Source of the DNA: Synechococcus sp.
Lineage (GTDB): Bacteria > Cyanobacteriota > Cyanobacteriia > PCC-6307 > Cyanobiaceae
DNA: 64,000 nucleotides
Assembly (NCBI GenBank): GCA_047284725.1
Contig: JBJBEO010000001.1
Coordinates: 288,001 to 352,000 of the forward strand
Direction: 5' to 3'
The notes under the pieces are model-generated. The model was given only the letters and a program-made list of their open reading frames with translations. It was not told the origin of the DNA and made no database searches. A program made the translations under genes and the position numbers. Shown piece by piece: positions 42,215 to 52,230 of the stretch; the first letter of the stretch is position 1; each line of letters opens with the position of its first letter.

Positions 42215-42823
42215 CTACCAGCCCAGTGCTGAGAGCGTTCGCTGCCCGTCTTGCTTGGTGGGCGGCGGTGTTGTGTTCACCTCGGGTTTCTCCTCGCTCG
42301 TCCGGCATTCAACGCAGTAGGATGCGTTGTTGGACAGCCCTTGCACGGTGCTGGAGCGCACCCGAACGTCGTTGTTCACGAAGCTGAAGCGCTCCCAGAC
42401 CGTCATCGTTTCGTAGCTGGTTTCGAGAATCAGACCGTTGGTTGCGTCCATCGTGAACAGGGAGGATGCTGGCGCTTTTTCGGCATACCCCATGGTGCGC
42501 AGGAGCAGGCCGGACCGGCCGTCGTCGCTGGTGGGAATGAGACCAAAGAAGGTTTCCCCGTCGTGACCGTCTTCGCTCTGGTCCCAGGCCATCGATGCGC
42601 TCCAGCGCACGAAGCTGCCACCCACCACCTTGGCGGGGTCTTGACCATGGGTGATGGCCAGCTCCTGGAGGCGGGGATCGGCGCGCTCCAGGTCATCGAC
42701 CACGATCAAAGAGCCTCCGGCCTCGGCCCGACGATGGAGGAGATGATGAACACTGCGCAGCGACCGCCAGCGACCGCAGCTGTGTTGAAAAAAGCTGAGG
42801 GCATCGGGAATGTCGAGGTTCAT
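42215..42823 (-). CDS. cpcS: phycobiliprotein lyase, CpcS/CpeS family
   Basis: FFQHSCGRWRSLR..HHL, GYAEK, WERFSF, YCVECR; adjacent to cpcG. Confidence 0.85.
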   Translation of the reverse strand: MNLDIPDALSFFQHSCGRWRSLRSVHHLLHRRAEAGGSLIVVDDLERADPRLQELAITHGQDPAKVVGGSFVRWSASMAWDQSEDGHDGETFFGLIPTSDDGRSGLLLRTMGYAEKAPASSLFTMDATNGLILETSYETMTVWERFSFVNNDVRVRSSTVQGLSNNASYCVECRTSEEKPEVNTTPPPTKQDGQRTLSALGW

Positions 42824-42877
42824 GCGCTGCTCACGGAGAACGCTGGGTTGTGTTGGATGATCGCAGGCCGAAGGGGC

Positions 42878-43261
42878 CTAGGAACTCTGATGCCTGGCCT
42901 TGGCCAGGGCCATCGCTTCATCGATCAGATGGGACAGGGTCAATTCCAGCGGCGTGATGCCGTTGTATTCCGCCAGGGTTTCCAGATGTCTGGCCGCCCC
43001 TTGGAACTGTTGCAGCAAAAGATCCCCGAACTGAGGGTCGTCGCGCAGCTGAGGTTGCTGACTGCACCAGCTGCGTTGCTGGTCAAGGCTTGGAATCGGA
43101 CCGGTGGTTGCAGGCGCTTTCATGGTCTGGAAACTTGCCAGGCAGTGGGCAAGCAGACGCAGGTGGTGGCGCTCCAGGGTGGGCAGCAGTGTGGCATCGA
43201 TTGCCTCAACCATCTCCCTGGTCAGTGGACTTCCGGCGGGAGTGAGATCGGAATCCGTCAT
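42878..43261 (-). CDS. conserved hypothetical protein
   Basis: IDATLLPTLERHHLRLLAHCL; overlaps sufR stop. Confidence 0.7.
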   Translation of the reverse strand: MTDSDLTPAGSPLTREMVEAIDATLLPTLERHHLRLLAHCLASFQTMKAPATTGPIPSLDQQRSWCSQQPQLRDDPQFGDLLLQQFQGAARHLETLAEYNGITPLELTLSHLIDEAMALAKARHQSS

Positions 43262-43896
43262 GACTGAGGAGTGATGCGGAATCCACAGGAGTGGCCTTCC
43301 TTCAGGCGCCAGTGCACCCGCTCCACGCGGCAGTCAGCAAAGGTCTGTCGAATCAGTTCCAGTTCCTGGTCACAGATCACGGGGTATTCCTCAGCAATGC
43401 GTTGTACAGAGCAGTGGAACTCGCTGAGACACCAGCTCTGGCCATCGGCATCCTGCTGCAACTCGGTGATGTAGCCCTCCTGACGTCGGAGTTCCGCCAG
43501 GCGCTCCAAGCGATGCTGCAGTCTGCCTGAGCCAAGCCTTTGTCGGTATCGTCCGGCTTTCTCGGTCGCCTGTTGGCGAAGCAGGGAGCTCATAGCTTCC
43601 GGCGGGAGGGTCGCTGCCATGGAATGCAGCAGGCCGAGGGCGAAATGTTCGCTGCCGTCAGGGAATTGCTGATGGCCCAGATCGGTGAGTCGCCACTGGT
43701 TGCAAGGTCGACCCGGGCCAGCAGTGACTTGTGTGGACTCCACCAGTCCCTCGTCTTCAAGGCTGCGTAAATGACGCCGCATCGCCTGCACGGAAATGCC
43801 CAGCTGTCCTGCAAGCAGCGACGCACTCATCTGACCCTGCCGAAGCAGCAAGGTGAGTGTGCTCTCACGAGTTGGAGCCTGAGCCTGTGCGGCCAT
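43258..43896 (-). CDS. sufR: Fe-S cluster biogenesis transcriptional regulator SufR
   Basis: HTH with RRHL..LE..GLV, GRP; EFHC, C..ELE, GHSCGF; divergent from the suf operon. Confidence 0.92.
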   Translation of the reverse strand: MAAQAQAPTRESTLTLLLRQGQMSASLLAGQLGISVQAMRRHLRSLEDEGLVESTQVTAGPGRPCNQWRLTDLGHQQFPDGSEHFALGLLHSMAATLPPEAMSSLLRQQATEKAGRYRQRLGSGRLQHRLERLAELRRQEGYITELQQDADGQSWCLSEFHCSVQRIAEEYPVICDQELELIRQTFADCRVERVHWRLKEGHSCGFRITPQS

Positions 43897-44014
43897 GGGT
43901 CGAGGTACGTGTCATCACCTTGCCACGCAATTCGAAGGATTGACGTGATGGGGCAATGGCTCGCGTCGCATGGACCGGCAACCGGCGACGGCAGGGTTCG
44001 TGCCCTAGGCTCGA

Positions 44015-44040
44015 AATACGAAACAGGTTGGTTTCGTATT
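44015..44040. promoter_or_regulatory. perfect 10-6-10 inverted repeat, candidate SufR operator
   Basis: AATACGAAAC-aggttg-GTTTCGTATT between divergent sufR and ftrC-sufB. Confidence 0.65.
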
Positions 44041-44104
44041 CCTTTTCCTCGAAGTCTGCGGGCCTGCGGCCAGTCTCCGTAGGCCGCTCCCACCACCTCT
44101 GACC

Positions 44105-44464
44105 ATGTCTGACACGCCCGCCGGCAACGCTGAGCCAACTGCAGAGAGCCTTGAGGTGATCCGCAAATTCGCTCAGACCTACGCACAGCGCACCGGTACC
44201 TACTTCTGCAGTGATCCAGGCGTGACGGCAGTGGTGCTGAAGGGTTTGGCTCGACATAAGGATGAATTGGGCGGTGCTCTCTGCCCTTGTCGCCACTACG
44301 AGGACAAGGAGGCAGAGGTGTCTCAGGCCTTCTGGAACTGCCCCTGTGTGCCGATGCGTGAGCGCAAGGAATGCCACTGCATGCTGTTCCTGACTGAGGA
44401 CAACGCCTTCCGTGGTGATGCGCAGACCATCACCACTGAGGAAATCCACGCCGCCGCGGGCTGA
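44105..44464 (+). CDS. ftrC: ferredoxin-thioredoxin reductase catalytic subunit
   Basis: [17 protein letters not shown] motifs. Confidence 0.95.
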   Translation: MSDTPAGNAEPTAESLEVIRKFAQTYAQRTGTYFCSDPGVTAVVLKGLARHKDELGGALCPCRHYEDKEAEVSQAFWNCPCVPMRERKECHCMLFLTEDNAFRGDAQTITTEEIHAAAG

Positions 44465-44469
44465 CTTCG

Positions 44470-45912
44470 ATGACCTCCAGTGCCTCAACGCGTGATCTTG
44501 TTGGTCAGCCGTACAAGTACGGATTTGTCACCGACATTGAGACCGAAAAGATCGGCAAGGGTCTCAGTGAAGATGTTGTGCGACTGATCTCCTCGAAAAA
44601 GGAGGAGCCTCAGTTTCTGCTCGATTATCGTTTGCGCGCCTATCGGCACTGGCTCACCCTTGAAGAGCCTGATTGGGCTGCATTGGGTTATACCGCGATT
44701 GATTATCAGGACATCATCTATTACGCGGCCCCTAAGCAGCAGGAGAAAAAGGCGAGTCTCGACGAAGTGGATCCCAAGCTGCTGGAGACCTTTGACAAGC
44801 TCGGGATTCCTCTCAGTGAACAGAAGCGTTTAAGCAACGTCGCGGTTGATGCTGTTTTCGACAGCGTTTCAATTGCCACCACGTATCGAGAGAAGCTTGC
44901 TGAGCATGGTGTGATTTTCTGCTCGATCAGTGAGGCGGTCAAGGAGTATCCGGAACTGATCGAGCGTTATCTCGGCACGGTTGTGCCGAGTAACGATAAT
45001 TATTTCACCGCACTGAATTCAGCTGTCTTCAGTGACGGCTCCTTTGTCTTCATACCAAAAGGCGTGGAATGCCCGATGGAATTGTCGACTTATTTCCGTA
45101 TCAATTCCGGTGACACTGGACAGTTTGAGCGCACCTTGATTGTTGCCGAGGAAGGTGCATCCGTTAGCTACCTCGAGGGATGCACGGCGCCGATGTTTGA
45201 CACGAACCAGCTTCATGCTGCTGTGGTTGAGCTTGTCGCTCTTGATGACGCTTCGATCAAATATTCCACTGTTCAGAATTGGTATGCCGGTGACGAAAAT
45301 GGTGTCGGGGGTATATACAACTTTGTGACTAAGCGCGGCCACTGTCGTGGAGCGCGCAGTCGCATCAGCTGGACGCAGGTGGAAACAGGTTCTGCGATTA
45401 CCTGGAAATACCCCAGTTGTGTTCTGCAAGGCGCTGACTCGGTTGGTGAGTTTTATTCCGTTGCCCTCACGAATAATTGTCAGCAGGCTGACACCGGCAC
45501 GAAAATGATCCACGTCGGCCCCCGCACGCGCTCAACGATTGTGAGTAAGGGCATCAGTGCAGGGCGCTCTAGTAACAGTTATCGAGGGCTCGTTCAGATC
45601 GGATCGGCCGCAAAGGGAGCGCGAAATTACAGCCAGTGTGATTCGATGCTGATTGGTGATGAAGCAACGGCAAACACGTACCCCTACATCCGTTCACAGC
45701 AGCCCCAGGCCGCTGTGGAGCATGAGGCCAGCACCTGTCGGATTTCCGAAGACCAGCTGTTTTATCTCCAGAGTCGTGGCATTGGCTTTGAAGAGGCTGT
45801 TTCGATGATGGTGAGTGGTTTTTGTCGGGACGTGTTCAATCAGCTGCCGATGGAATTTGCTGCTGAGGCCGACAAACTGCTTGCCCTCAAGCTTGAGGGA
45901 TCCGTGGGTTAG
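44470..45912 (+). CDS. sufB: Fe-S cluster assembly protein SufB
   Basis: [35 protein letters not shown]. Confidence 0.97.
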   Translation: MTSSASTRDLVGQPYKYGFVTDIETEKIGKGLSEDVVRLISSKKEEPQFLLDYRLRAYRHWLTLEEPDWAALGYTAIDYQDIIYYAAPKQQEKKASLDEVDPKLLETFDKLGIPLSEQKRLSNVAVDAVFDSVSIATTYREKLAEHGVIFCSISEAVKEYPELIERYLGTVVPSNDNYFTALNSAVFSDGSFVFIPKGVECPMELSTYFRINSGDTGQFERTLIVAEEGASVSYLEGCTAPMFDTNQLHAAVVELVALDDASIKYSTVQNWYAGDENGVGGIYNFVTKRGHCRGARSRISWTQVETGSAITWKYPSCVLQGADSVGEFYSVALTNNCQQADTGTKMIHVGPRTRSTIVSKGISAGRSSNSYRGLVQIGSAAKGARNYSQCDSMLIGDEATANTYPYIRSQQPQAAVEHEASTCRISEDQLFYLQSRGIGFEEAVSMMVSGFCRDVFNQLPMEFAAEADKLLALKLEGSVG

Positions 45913-45989
45913 TTCATCGTCTCTCAGCGAGCGCTTGTGGTCTCGCTCCACCCGTTGTCGATCCCGTCCCTTTACATCCGCTTCTCCCT

Positions 45990-46784
45990 GTGATCCGCCC
46001 AGACGCTGAGCTGCTGCTTGACATCAACGATTTGCATGCATCCGTGGATGATCAGCCCATTCTCAAGGGGGTCAACCTCCAGGTGCGTGCTGGTGAAATT
46101 CATGCCGTGATGGGTCGTAATGGCAGCGGTAAAAGCACACTGTCCAAGGTGTTGGCGGGCCATCCCGCCTATCGCGTCACCGGCGGCACCGTTCGCTATC
46201 GCGGTGACGATCTTCTGACACTTGAACCGGAGGAACGGTCTCGGCTGGGGGTGTTTCTCGGTTTCCAGTACCCCGTGGAAATTCCAGGCGTAAGCAATCT
46301 GGAGTTCCTTCGTGTCTCCAGTAATGCCCGCCGTGTCAAGCAGGGTCTCGAGGAGCTCGACACCTTTGATTTCGAAGATCACGTGCGTGAGCGCCTCAGC
46401 GTTGTGCAGATGGATCCGGCTTTCCTCGAGCGCAGCGTGAATGAGGGCTTCTCCGGTGGTGAGAAAAAACGCAATGAAATCCTTCAGATGGCCCTGTTGG
46501 AGCCTGTGGTTTCCATCCTGGATGAGACCGACTCGGGCCTGGATATCGATGCCCTGCGCATTGTGGCTGGCGGGGTGAATCAGTTGGCCAAGGCCGACAA
46601 CGCGACCCTGCTTATCACCCACTATCAGCGGCTGCTCGATGAGATCACGCCTGATTACGTGCATGTGATGGCGGCCGGTCGGATCCTGCGCACCGGTGGT
46701 CGTGAACTCGCTCTTGAGCTGGAGAAAACCGGCTACGACTGGGTTGATCAGGAGCTGGCCGCGACGGGTCAGGGAGTGGCCTGA
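45990..46784 (+). CDS. sufC: Fe-S cluster assembly ATPase SufC
   Basis: [38 protein letters not shown]. Confidence 0.97.
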   Translation: MIRPDAELLLDINDLHASVDDQPILKGVNLQVRAGEIHAVMGRNGSGKSTLSKVLAGHPAYRVTGGTVRYRGDDLLTLEPEERSRLGVFLGFQYPVEIPGVSNLEFLRVSSNARRVKQGLEELDTFDFEDHVRERLSVVQMDPAFLERSVNEGFSGGEKKRNEILQMALLEPVVSILDETDSGLDIDALRIVAGGVNQLAKADNATLLITHYQRLLDEITPDYVHVMAAGRILRTGGRELALELEKTGYDWVDQELAATGQGVA

Positions 46785-46786
46785 CC

Positions 46787-48040
46787 ATGGTTGCCGCTCC
46801 CGACACCGTGGCGACCGATTGGTTGACCAAGCTCCCGGCCCCCTCCGGACTGCTGCAACCTGTGCAACAGCGTGGTCGAGAGGCCCTGAGCAGGGTTGGC
46901 CTGCCCACCCGCCGCCAGGAGGACTGGCGCCTCACCGATCTCGGCCGGCTTCTTGATTTGCTGGCGCTGCCTCTCGGTTGTGGCCATTCCCGACAATCCC
47001 ATCAATCCACTGGAATCGATGTTCCTGACGCTCCAGCGGGTGGTTGGCGTTTACGGCTGGATGGGATGTCGGATCCTCTGGATGGGGTGTCTTTGCCAGA
47101 GGGGGTCAGCGTTCTGGATGGGGCTGAGCTCCAGCAGGCAGTGGGTCACACCCTGGAGCGGTGTGGTTGTGCCACGGCCTGGCCGGTGGAGTTCAACCAT
47201 GCCCTGACCACTCAGGTGCTGGCTCTGCGGGTTCGGGGTGCTGTTCCCCCCTTGGAGTTGCTTGTCGATGCGGCGGCCGATTGCGTGGTGCCGACTCGGC
47301 TGTTGCTGGTGGTGGAAGAAAAGGCTCAGCTGGAGATCCTTGAGGTGCTTCAGGCTCCGGGGAAGGCAGCCCACAGCCATCTGCTGGAAATGCATCTGGG
47401 ACAGGAGGCGCAAGTGCGCCACGGCGTTGTGGCCGCTGGATCGGGGCGTTCGTCGTTGCTGGCTCACCTGGCGGTCGAGCAGGAGCCCCGCAGTACCTAT
47501 GAGCTCACCACCGTGTCGTGGGGCTGGGCGTTTGGTCGGCTTGAGCCCCGTGTGGTGCAGGTTGATGGACGGGCAGCGACCGTGCTGAAGGGATTGGTGG
47601 TCACCAATCAGGACCAGCAGTTCGCGACCCATACGGCCATGCGCTTCGAAGGGGAGGAAGGGCAGCTGGATCAGTTGCAGAAGGCCGTCGCCGGTGGCGG
47701 CTCCCATGCCATCTTCAACGGCGCCGTGCAGGTGCCCAGGGCAGCGCAGCGCACTGATGCGGCTCAGCTGAGTCGCAACCTTCTGCTGTCGGACAAGGCC
47801 AGGATTGACACCAAGCCTGAGCTTGAGATCGTGGCCGACGATGTGCGTTGCGCCCATGGCGCCACCGTGACGCAGCTCCAGGAAGACGAGCTGTTTTACC
47901 TGCGCAGCCGTGGTATTTCGGCTGCCCGCGCAGCCTCCCTGTTGCTCCGGGGATACTGCCAAGAGGTGGTGGATCTGTTGCCGTCCATGGCGCAGCGATG
48001 GCCTGTGATCGCGCAGGTTCTGAAGGGTTTTGAGGTATGA
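46787..48040 (+). CDS. sufD: Fe-S cluster assembly protein SufD
   Basis: PTRRQEDWRLT, KPELEIVADDVRCAHGAT, FYLRSRGI. Confidence 0.94.
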   Translation: MVAAPDTVATDWLTKLPAPSGLLQPVQQRGREALSRVGLPTRRQEDWRLTDLGRLLDLLALPLGCGHSRQSHQSTGIDVPDAPAGGWRLRLDGMSDPLDGVSLPEGVSVLDGAELQQAVGHTLERCGCATAWPVEFNHALTTQVLALRVRGAVPPLELLVDAAADCVVPTRLLLVVEEKAQLEILEVLQAPGKAAHSHLLEMHLGQEAQVRHGVVAAGSGRSSLLAHLAVEQEPRSTYELTTVSWGWAFGRLEPRVVQVDGRAATVLKGLVVTNQDQQFATHTAMRFEGEEGQLDQLQKAVAGGGSHAIFNGAVQVPRAAQRTDAAQLSRNLLLSDKARIDTKPELEIVADDVRCAHGATVTQLQEDELFYLRSRGISAARAASLLLRGYCQEVVDLLPSMAQRWPVIAQVLKGFEV

Positions 48041-49308
48041 CGATGGCACTGGACCCTGGTGTTGGCCTGACAATGGCCGATCGCACGCGGGCTGATTTCC
48101 CGATCCTGTCGCAGCTCTCATCGTCGGGACAGCCTCTGATCTATCTGGATCATGCGGCGACGAGCCAGAAGCCTGAGGCCGTGGTGCAGGCCCTGCGGAC
48201 TTACTACTGCCAGGACAACGCCAATGTTCACCGCGGCGCGCATCAACTCAGTGCCCGTGCCACGGATGCCTTCGAAGGGGCCAGGGTGATCACGGCCGAA
48301 TTTGTGTCTGCCTCCAGTCCTCGTGAGATTGTTTTCACCCGCAACGCCAGTGAAGCGATCAACCTGGTGGCTCGCACCTGGGGTGATTCCGAGCTGAAGC
48401 AGGGTGATGAGGTGCTGCTCACCGTGATGGAGCACCACAGCAACCTGGTGCCTTGGCAGCAGTTGTCCCAGCGCACCGATTGTGTGTTGCGTCATGTGCG
48501 GGTCACGGAGCAGGGCAGCCTTGATCTGGAGGATCTGCGCAGCAAGCTCAATGCCCGCACTCGCTTGGTGAGCCTGGTGCATATCAGCAACACGCTCGGG
48601 TGTTGCAATCCTGTTGAGGAGGTGGTGTCGCTGGCCTCGACCGTTGGTGCTCGGGTGCTTCTTGATGCCTGTCAGAGCCTGGCTCATCAACCGGTCGACG
48701 TGCGCCGGCTCGGGGTGGATTTTCTTGTCGGCTCATCCCATAAGCTTTGTGGACCTACCGGGATGGGATTCCTCTGGGCCCGCGAGGAGTTGCTGGAGGC
48801 GATGCCCCCCTTCCTGGGTGGTGGCGAAATGATCCAAGACGTGTTCTTGGATCACAGCACCTGGGCCGAGCTTCCCCATAAATTCGAGGCCGGCACCCCC
48901 GCCATCGGCGAGGCGATCGGGATGGGTGCCGCCATTCGCTATCTCCAGGCGTTGGGACTGACGTCGATCCAGGAGTGGGAGGCGCAGCTCACCCGCCATC
49001 TGTTCTCGCGCCTGCAGGCGATCGAGGGCGTGCGCATCCTGGGCCCCACCCCCGACCAGCAGTCAGGTCGCGGCGCTCTGGCCACGTTCCTTGTGGATGG
49101 GCTTCATGCCAATGATCTCGCCGCGATGCTCGACCTCAGTGGCATCTGCATCCGCAGTGGTCACCACTGTTGCCAGCCCTTGCATCGCCACTACGGCGTC
49201 AGTTCTTCAGCGCGGGCAAGCCTCAGCTTCACGACGACGTTCGACGAAATCGATCGTTTTGCCGATGAACTGCAATCGACCATCCGTTTCCTCAAGGCGC
49301 ACGCCTGA
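48037..49308 (+). CDS. sufS: cysteine desulfurase SufS
   Basis: YLDHAATSQKP, EHHSN, SSHKLCGPTG, RSGHHC. Confidence 0.96.
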   Translation: MTMALDPGVGLTMADRTRADFPILSQLSSSGQPLIYLDHAATSQKPEAVVQALRTYYCQDNANVHRGAHQLSARATDAFEGARVITAEFVSASSPREIVFTRNASEAINLVARTWGDSELKQGDEVLLTVMEHHSNLVPWQQLSQRTDCVLRHVRVTEQGSLDLEDLRSKLNARTRLVSLVHISNTLGCCNPVEEVVSLASTVGARVLLDACQSLAHQPVDVRRLGVDFLVGSSHKLCGPTGMGFLWAREELLEAMPPFLGGGEMIQDVFLDHSTWAELPHKFEAGTPAIGEAIGMGAAIRYLQALGLTSIQEWEAQLTRHLFSRLQAIEGVRILGPTPDQQSGRGALATFLVDGLHANDLAAMLDLSGICIRSGHHCCQPLHRHYGVSSSARASLSFTTTFDEIDRFADELQSTIRFLKAHA

Positions 49309-49363
49309 AACGGGTGGTCGATTGCAGCGTTGGATCGGGTTCGCTCGCCAGTCCGGAGTCAAC

Positions 49364-50410
49364 TCACTCACGAATCTCGATGTGCCGCGTTGGACGATTG
49401 CGTTGAAGGCGACCGCGCTGACTGTTCAGGACCGCGGGGAGATCGTCCCAGCGCACCGCCTCGTAGGTGTCAACGGCATAGGTGGTTTCGTGCAAAGAGC
49501 CGGTGCTCCAGTTGATATCGAGGCTTGTGTAGGTCTGTTTGCGGGGGATGGTTCCCTGGAGCAGTGAACGCGGGCCACTGCCGAGGGCCCCGAGATGAAT
49601 CAGGTCGAGTTGGCCCTGGCGCGCTGGATACCAGGCGTGCTGATGTCCACTGATGTAGGCCTGCACCCCTCCCTCTTGCAGCAAGGCTTGGATCGCTTCG
49701 GCCTGTTGGAGCCTTTCTCCAGGTCGATCCCGCCCCTGGCTGATGCCGAAGAGTGGCAAATGACCCACCACCATGCGCATTCGAGCCTTCTGAGCGACGC
49801 GGCTGTTCAGTTGCCGGCGGGCCCAGTGGAGTTGTTCGGCCGGGATCCGGCTTGAACTGGCATCCCAGACCAGCCAGAACACATGGTCCTGCAGAACGCT
49901 GTAGTGAAAAGGGAAGTCGGCGTGATCGACAAAGTTGAGCCCGAGGACTTCACGCCGCTGTGACCAGAAACGCCTTGCGGCAGATCGGTCGGCTGCGAAG
50001 CCAGGAGCGCCGTCGTGGTTGCCGATGGCCACCAGCAACGGAACCCTGGCCTGACGGATCGGGTGGAGCACCGTGCGGGCAAAGCTATCCCACATCGCAT
50101 CCAGTCGGCTGCTGCTCAGCCCGTGTTTCTGTCCGGCGACCATGTCACCGGCGCAGACCAGAAGAGCTGGGTCCAGCTTCAGCAGTTGCTGCAAGCCCTG
50201 GTTGACCTGGGGGACGTAGCGGGTGGAGCCGTAACTGCTGTTGAGGTCGCTGATCAGGCCGATCCGCATTGCATGGTTTTGCGGATCGGCCTGATCAGCT
50301 TCAGCTCCCGGACGGTGCGCGGCACGTGTTCTTGCGCGCCACGACGCGGTTGCCATGAGGCTCAGTCCACCGGCAGCCAGGCTGAGAAGCTGTCGGCGAT
50401 CGCAGCGCAT
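49364..50410 (-). CDS. Tat-exported calcineurin-like metallophosphoesterase
   Basis: DRRQLL twin-arginine signal; ISDLN, AGDMV, GNHD, GH, SGHQH. Confidence 0.85.
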   Translation of the reverse strand: MRCDRRQLLSLAAGGLSLMATASWRARTRAAHRPGAEADQADPQNHAMRIGLISDLNSSYGSTRYVPQVNQGLQQLLKLDPALLVCAGDMVAGQKHGLSSSRLDAMWDSFARTVLHPIRQARVPLLVAIGNHDGAPGFAADRSAARRFWSQRREVLGLNFVDHADFPFHYSVLQDHVFWLVWDASSSRIPAEQLHWARRQLNSRVAQKARMRMVVGHLPLFGISQGRDRPGERLQQAEAIQALLQEGGVQAYISGHQHAWYPARQGQLDLIHLGALGSGPRSLLQGTIPRKQTYTSLDINWSTGSLHETTYAVDTYEAVRWDDLPAVLNSQRGRLQRNRPTRHIEIRE

Positions 50411-50462
50411 TGGGGGTTCCATCGAGGTGCAGCATGGATGATTCCTCGCTGATCTGCAGCTC

Positions 50463-51575
50463 ATGAAGATTGATGGCCAGGCCTGGCGCACGATCTGGCT
50501 CGAGCCTGACGGTCGCTCGGTGGGCGTGATTGACCAGACCTTGCTGCCCCATAGCTTTGCGACGCGAACCCTGCGCAGCTGTGATGAGGCCGCTGAGGCC
50601 ATTCGCTCCATGGTGGTGCGTGGTGCACCGCTGATCGGAGTCACCGGCGCCTATGGCCTGATGCTGGCGTTGCAGCACGACCCATCGGACGCAGCCCTGG
50701 CGCACAGCGTTGAACAGTTGAACGCCACGCGCCCCACAGCGGTGAATCTGCGCTGGGCGCTGGAGCGGGTGCGCGATGTGGTCCAGTCGTTGCCGCCCGA
50801 ACAGCGGGCCGCGGCGGCCCGAGAGGAAGCGGCACGGATCGCTGATGAGGATGTGGCCATGTGCGCGGCCATCGGTGATCACGGCCTCAGGTTGTTTCAG
50901 CAGTTGGCCGCCGCCAGGAAGGTGGAGCGGCAGGGACAGCCGTTCAATGTGCTCACCCATTGCAATGCCGGTTGGCTGGCCACGGTTGACTGGGGCACAG
51001 CCTTGGCACCGATCTACAAGGCATACCGTGCCGGGATGAACCTGCATGTCTGGGTGGACGAAACCCGTCCGCGCAATCAGGGCGCTTCGCTGACCGCCTT
51101 TGAGCTCGGGCGAGAAGGGATTCCCCACACGGTGATCGTCGATAACGCCGGAGGTCATTTGATGCAGCACGGCCAGGTGGATGCGGTGATCGTGGGCACC
51201 GATCGCACCACCCGTTGTGGCGACGTGTGCAACAAGATCGGCACCTATCTCAAAGCTCTCGCCGCCTACGACAACCAGGTGCCGTTTTACGTGGCCTTGC
51301 CAGCTTCCACGATCGATTGGTCGATCGATGACGGCGTGGCCGAGATCCCGATCGAAGCCCGCACCGCGGCTGAGGTGACCCGCATCCAGGGACGGTTGCA
51401 GGACGGCGCATCCGTGGGTGCGTTGGCCAGCGTGCAGCTCACGCCCGATGGCAGTGAGGGCTTCAATCCAGCCTTTGATGTCACCCCCGCGCGCTTGGTC
51501 ACGGCCCTGATCACTGAACGGGGTGTGGCTGAGGCCAGTGAGCTGGGACTGCGGGGGCTTTATGCCGATGTCTGA
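50463..51575 (+). CDS. mtnA: S-methyl-5-thioribose-1-phosphate isomerase
   Basis: MVVRGAPLIG, RPTAVNL, THCNAGWLAT, DETRPRNQG, NKIGTY, NPAFDVTP. Confidence 0.95.
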   Translation: MKIDGQAWRTIWLEPDGRSVGVIDQTLLPHSFATRTLRSCDEAAEAIRSMVVRGAPLIGVTGAYGLMLALQHDPSDAALAHSVEQLNATRPTAVNLRWALERVRDVVQSLPPEQRAAAAREEAARIADEDVAMCAAIGDHGLRLFQQLAAARKVERQGQPFNVLTHCNAGWLATVDWGTALAPIYKAYRAGMNLHVWVDETRPRNQGASLTAFELGREGIPHTVIVDNAGGHLMQHGQVDAVIVGTDRTTRCGDVCNKIGTYLKALAAYDNQVPFYVALPASTIDWSIDDGVAEIPIEARTAAEVTRIQGRLQDGASVGALASVQLTPDGSEGFNPAFDVTPARLVTALITERGVAEASELGLRGLYADV

Positions 51576-52230
51576 GCAGGGTCTGAGGGAGGAGCTGGTG
51601 ACGGTCGCCCGTCAACTCAATACCAGTGGACTGAACCAGGGGACGTCCGGGAACCTTTCGGTCCGCATTCCTGGGGGAGTGTTGATCACCCCGAGCTCGC
51701 TGTCCTATGAGCAGATGCAGCCTGCGGATCTGGTGGCCCTTGATCTGCAGGGACGGCCCCTGCAGGACAACGGCCGCCGCCCGTCCTCGGAATGGCGTCT
51801 GCACGTGGATGTGCTGGCTGCCCGCGCCGATGTGCAAGTGGTCCTCCACTGCCATCCCATCCATGGCACGGCCCTCGCCTGCCACGACCGCGGCATTCCG
51901 CCCTTTCACTACATGACGGCCGTTGCGGGGGGTGATGACATTCGCTGTGCGCCCTACGCCACCTTCGGAACAAGGGAGCTGTCGGCGTTGGCGGTGGAAG
52001 CCCTGGAGGAGCGTCAGGCCTGTCTGCTGGCACGCCATGGTTTGGTGAGTCTGGGGACGACCCTTGACCAAGCGCTTCGCCTCGCTGTGGAGGTGGAGAC
52101 GCTGGCACGCATGTATCTGCAGGCGCTGCAGCTGGGGGAGCCACCCCTGCTCAGCCCTGAGCAGATGCACGCCGTGCATGCCCAGTTCCATGGACTGCAT
52201 TACGGCCAGCCTGATCAGAGCCCCAGGTGA
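51568..52230 (+). CDS. class II aldolase/adducin family (FucA-like) protein
   Basis: GTSGNLS, PSSEWRLH, HCH, LLARHG; overlaps mtnA stop. Confidence 0.88.
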   Translation: MSEQGLREELVTVARQLNTSGLNQGTSGNLSVRIPGGVLITPSSLSYEQMQPADLVALDLQGRPLQDNGRRPSSEWRLHVDVLAARADVQVVLHCHPIHGTALACHDRGIPPFHYMTAVAGGDDIRCAPYATFGTRELSALAVEALEERQACLLARHGLVSLGTTLDQALRLAVEVETLARMYLQALQLGEPPLLSPEQMHAVHAQFHGLHYGQPDQSPR

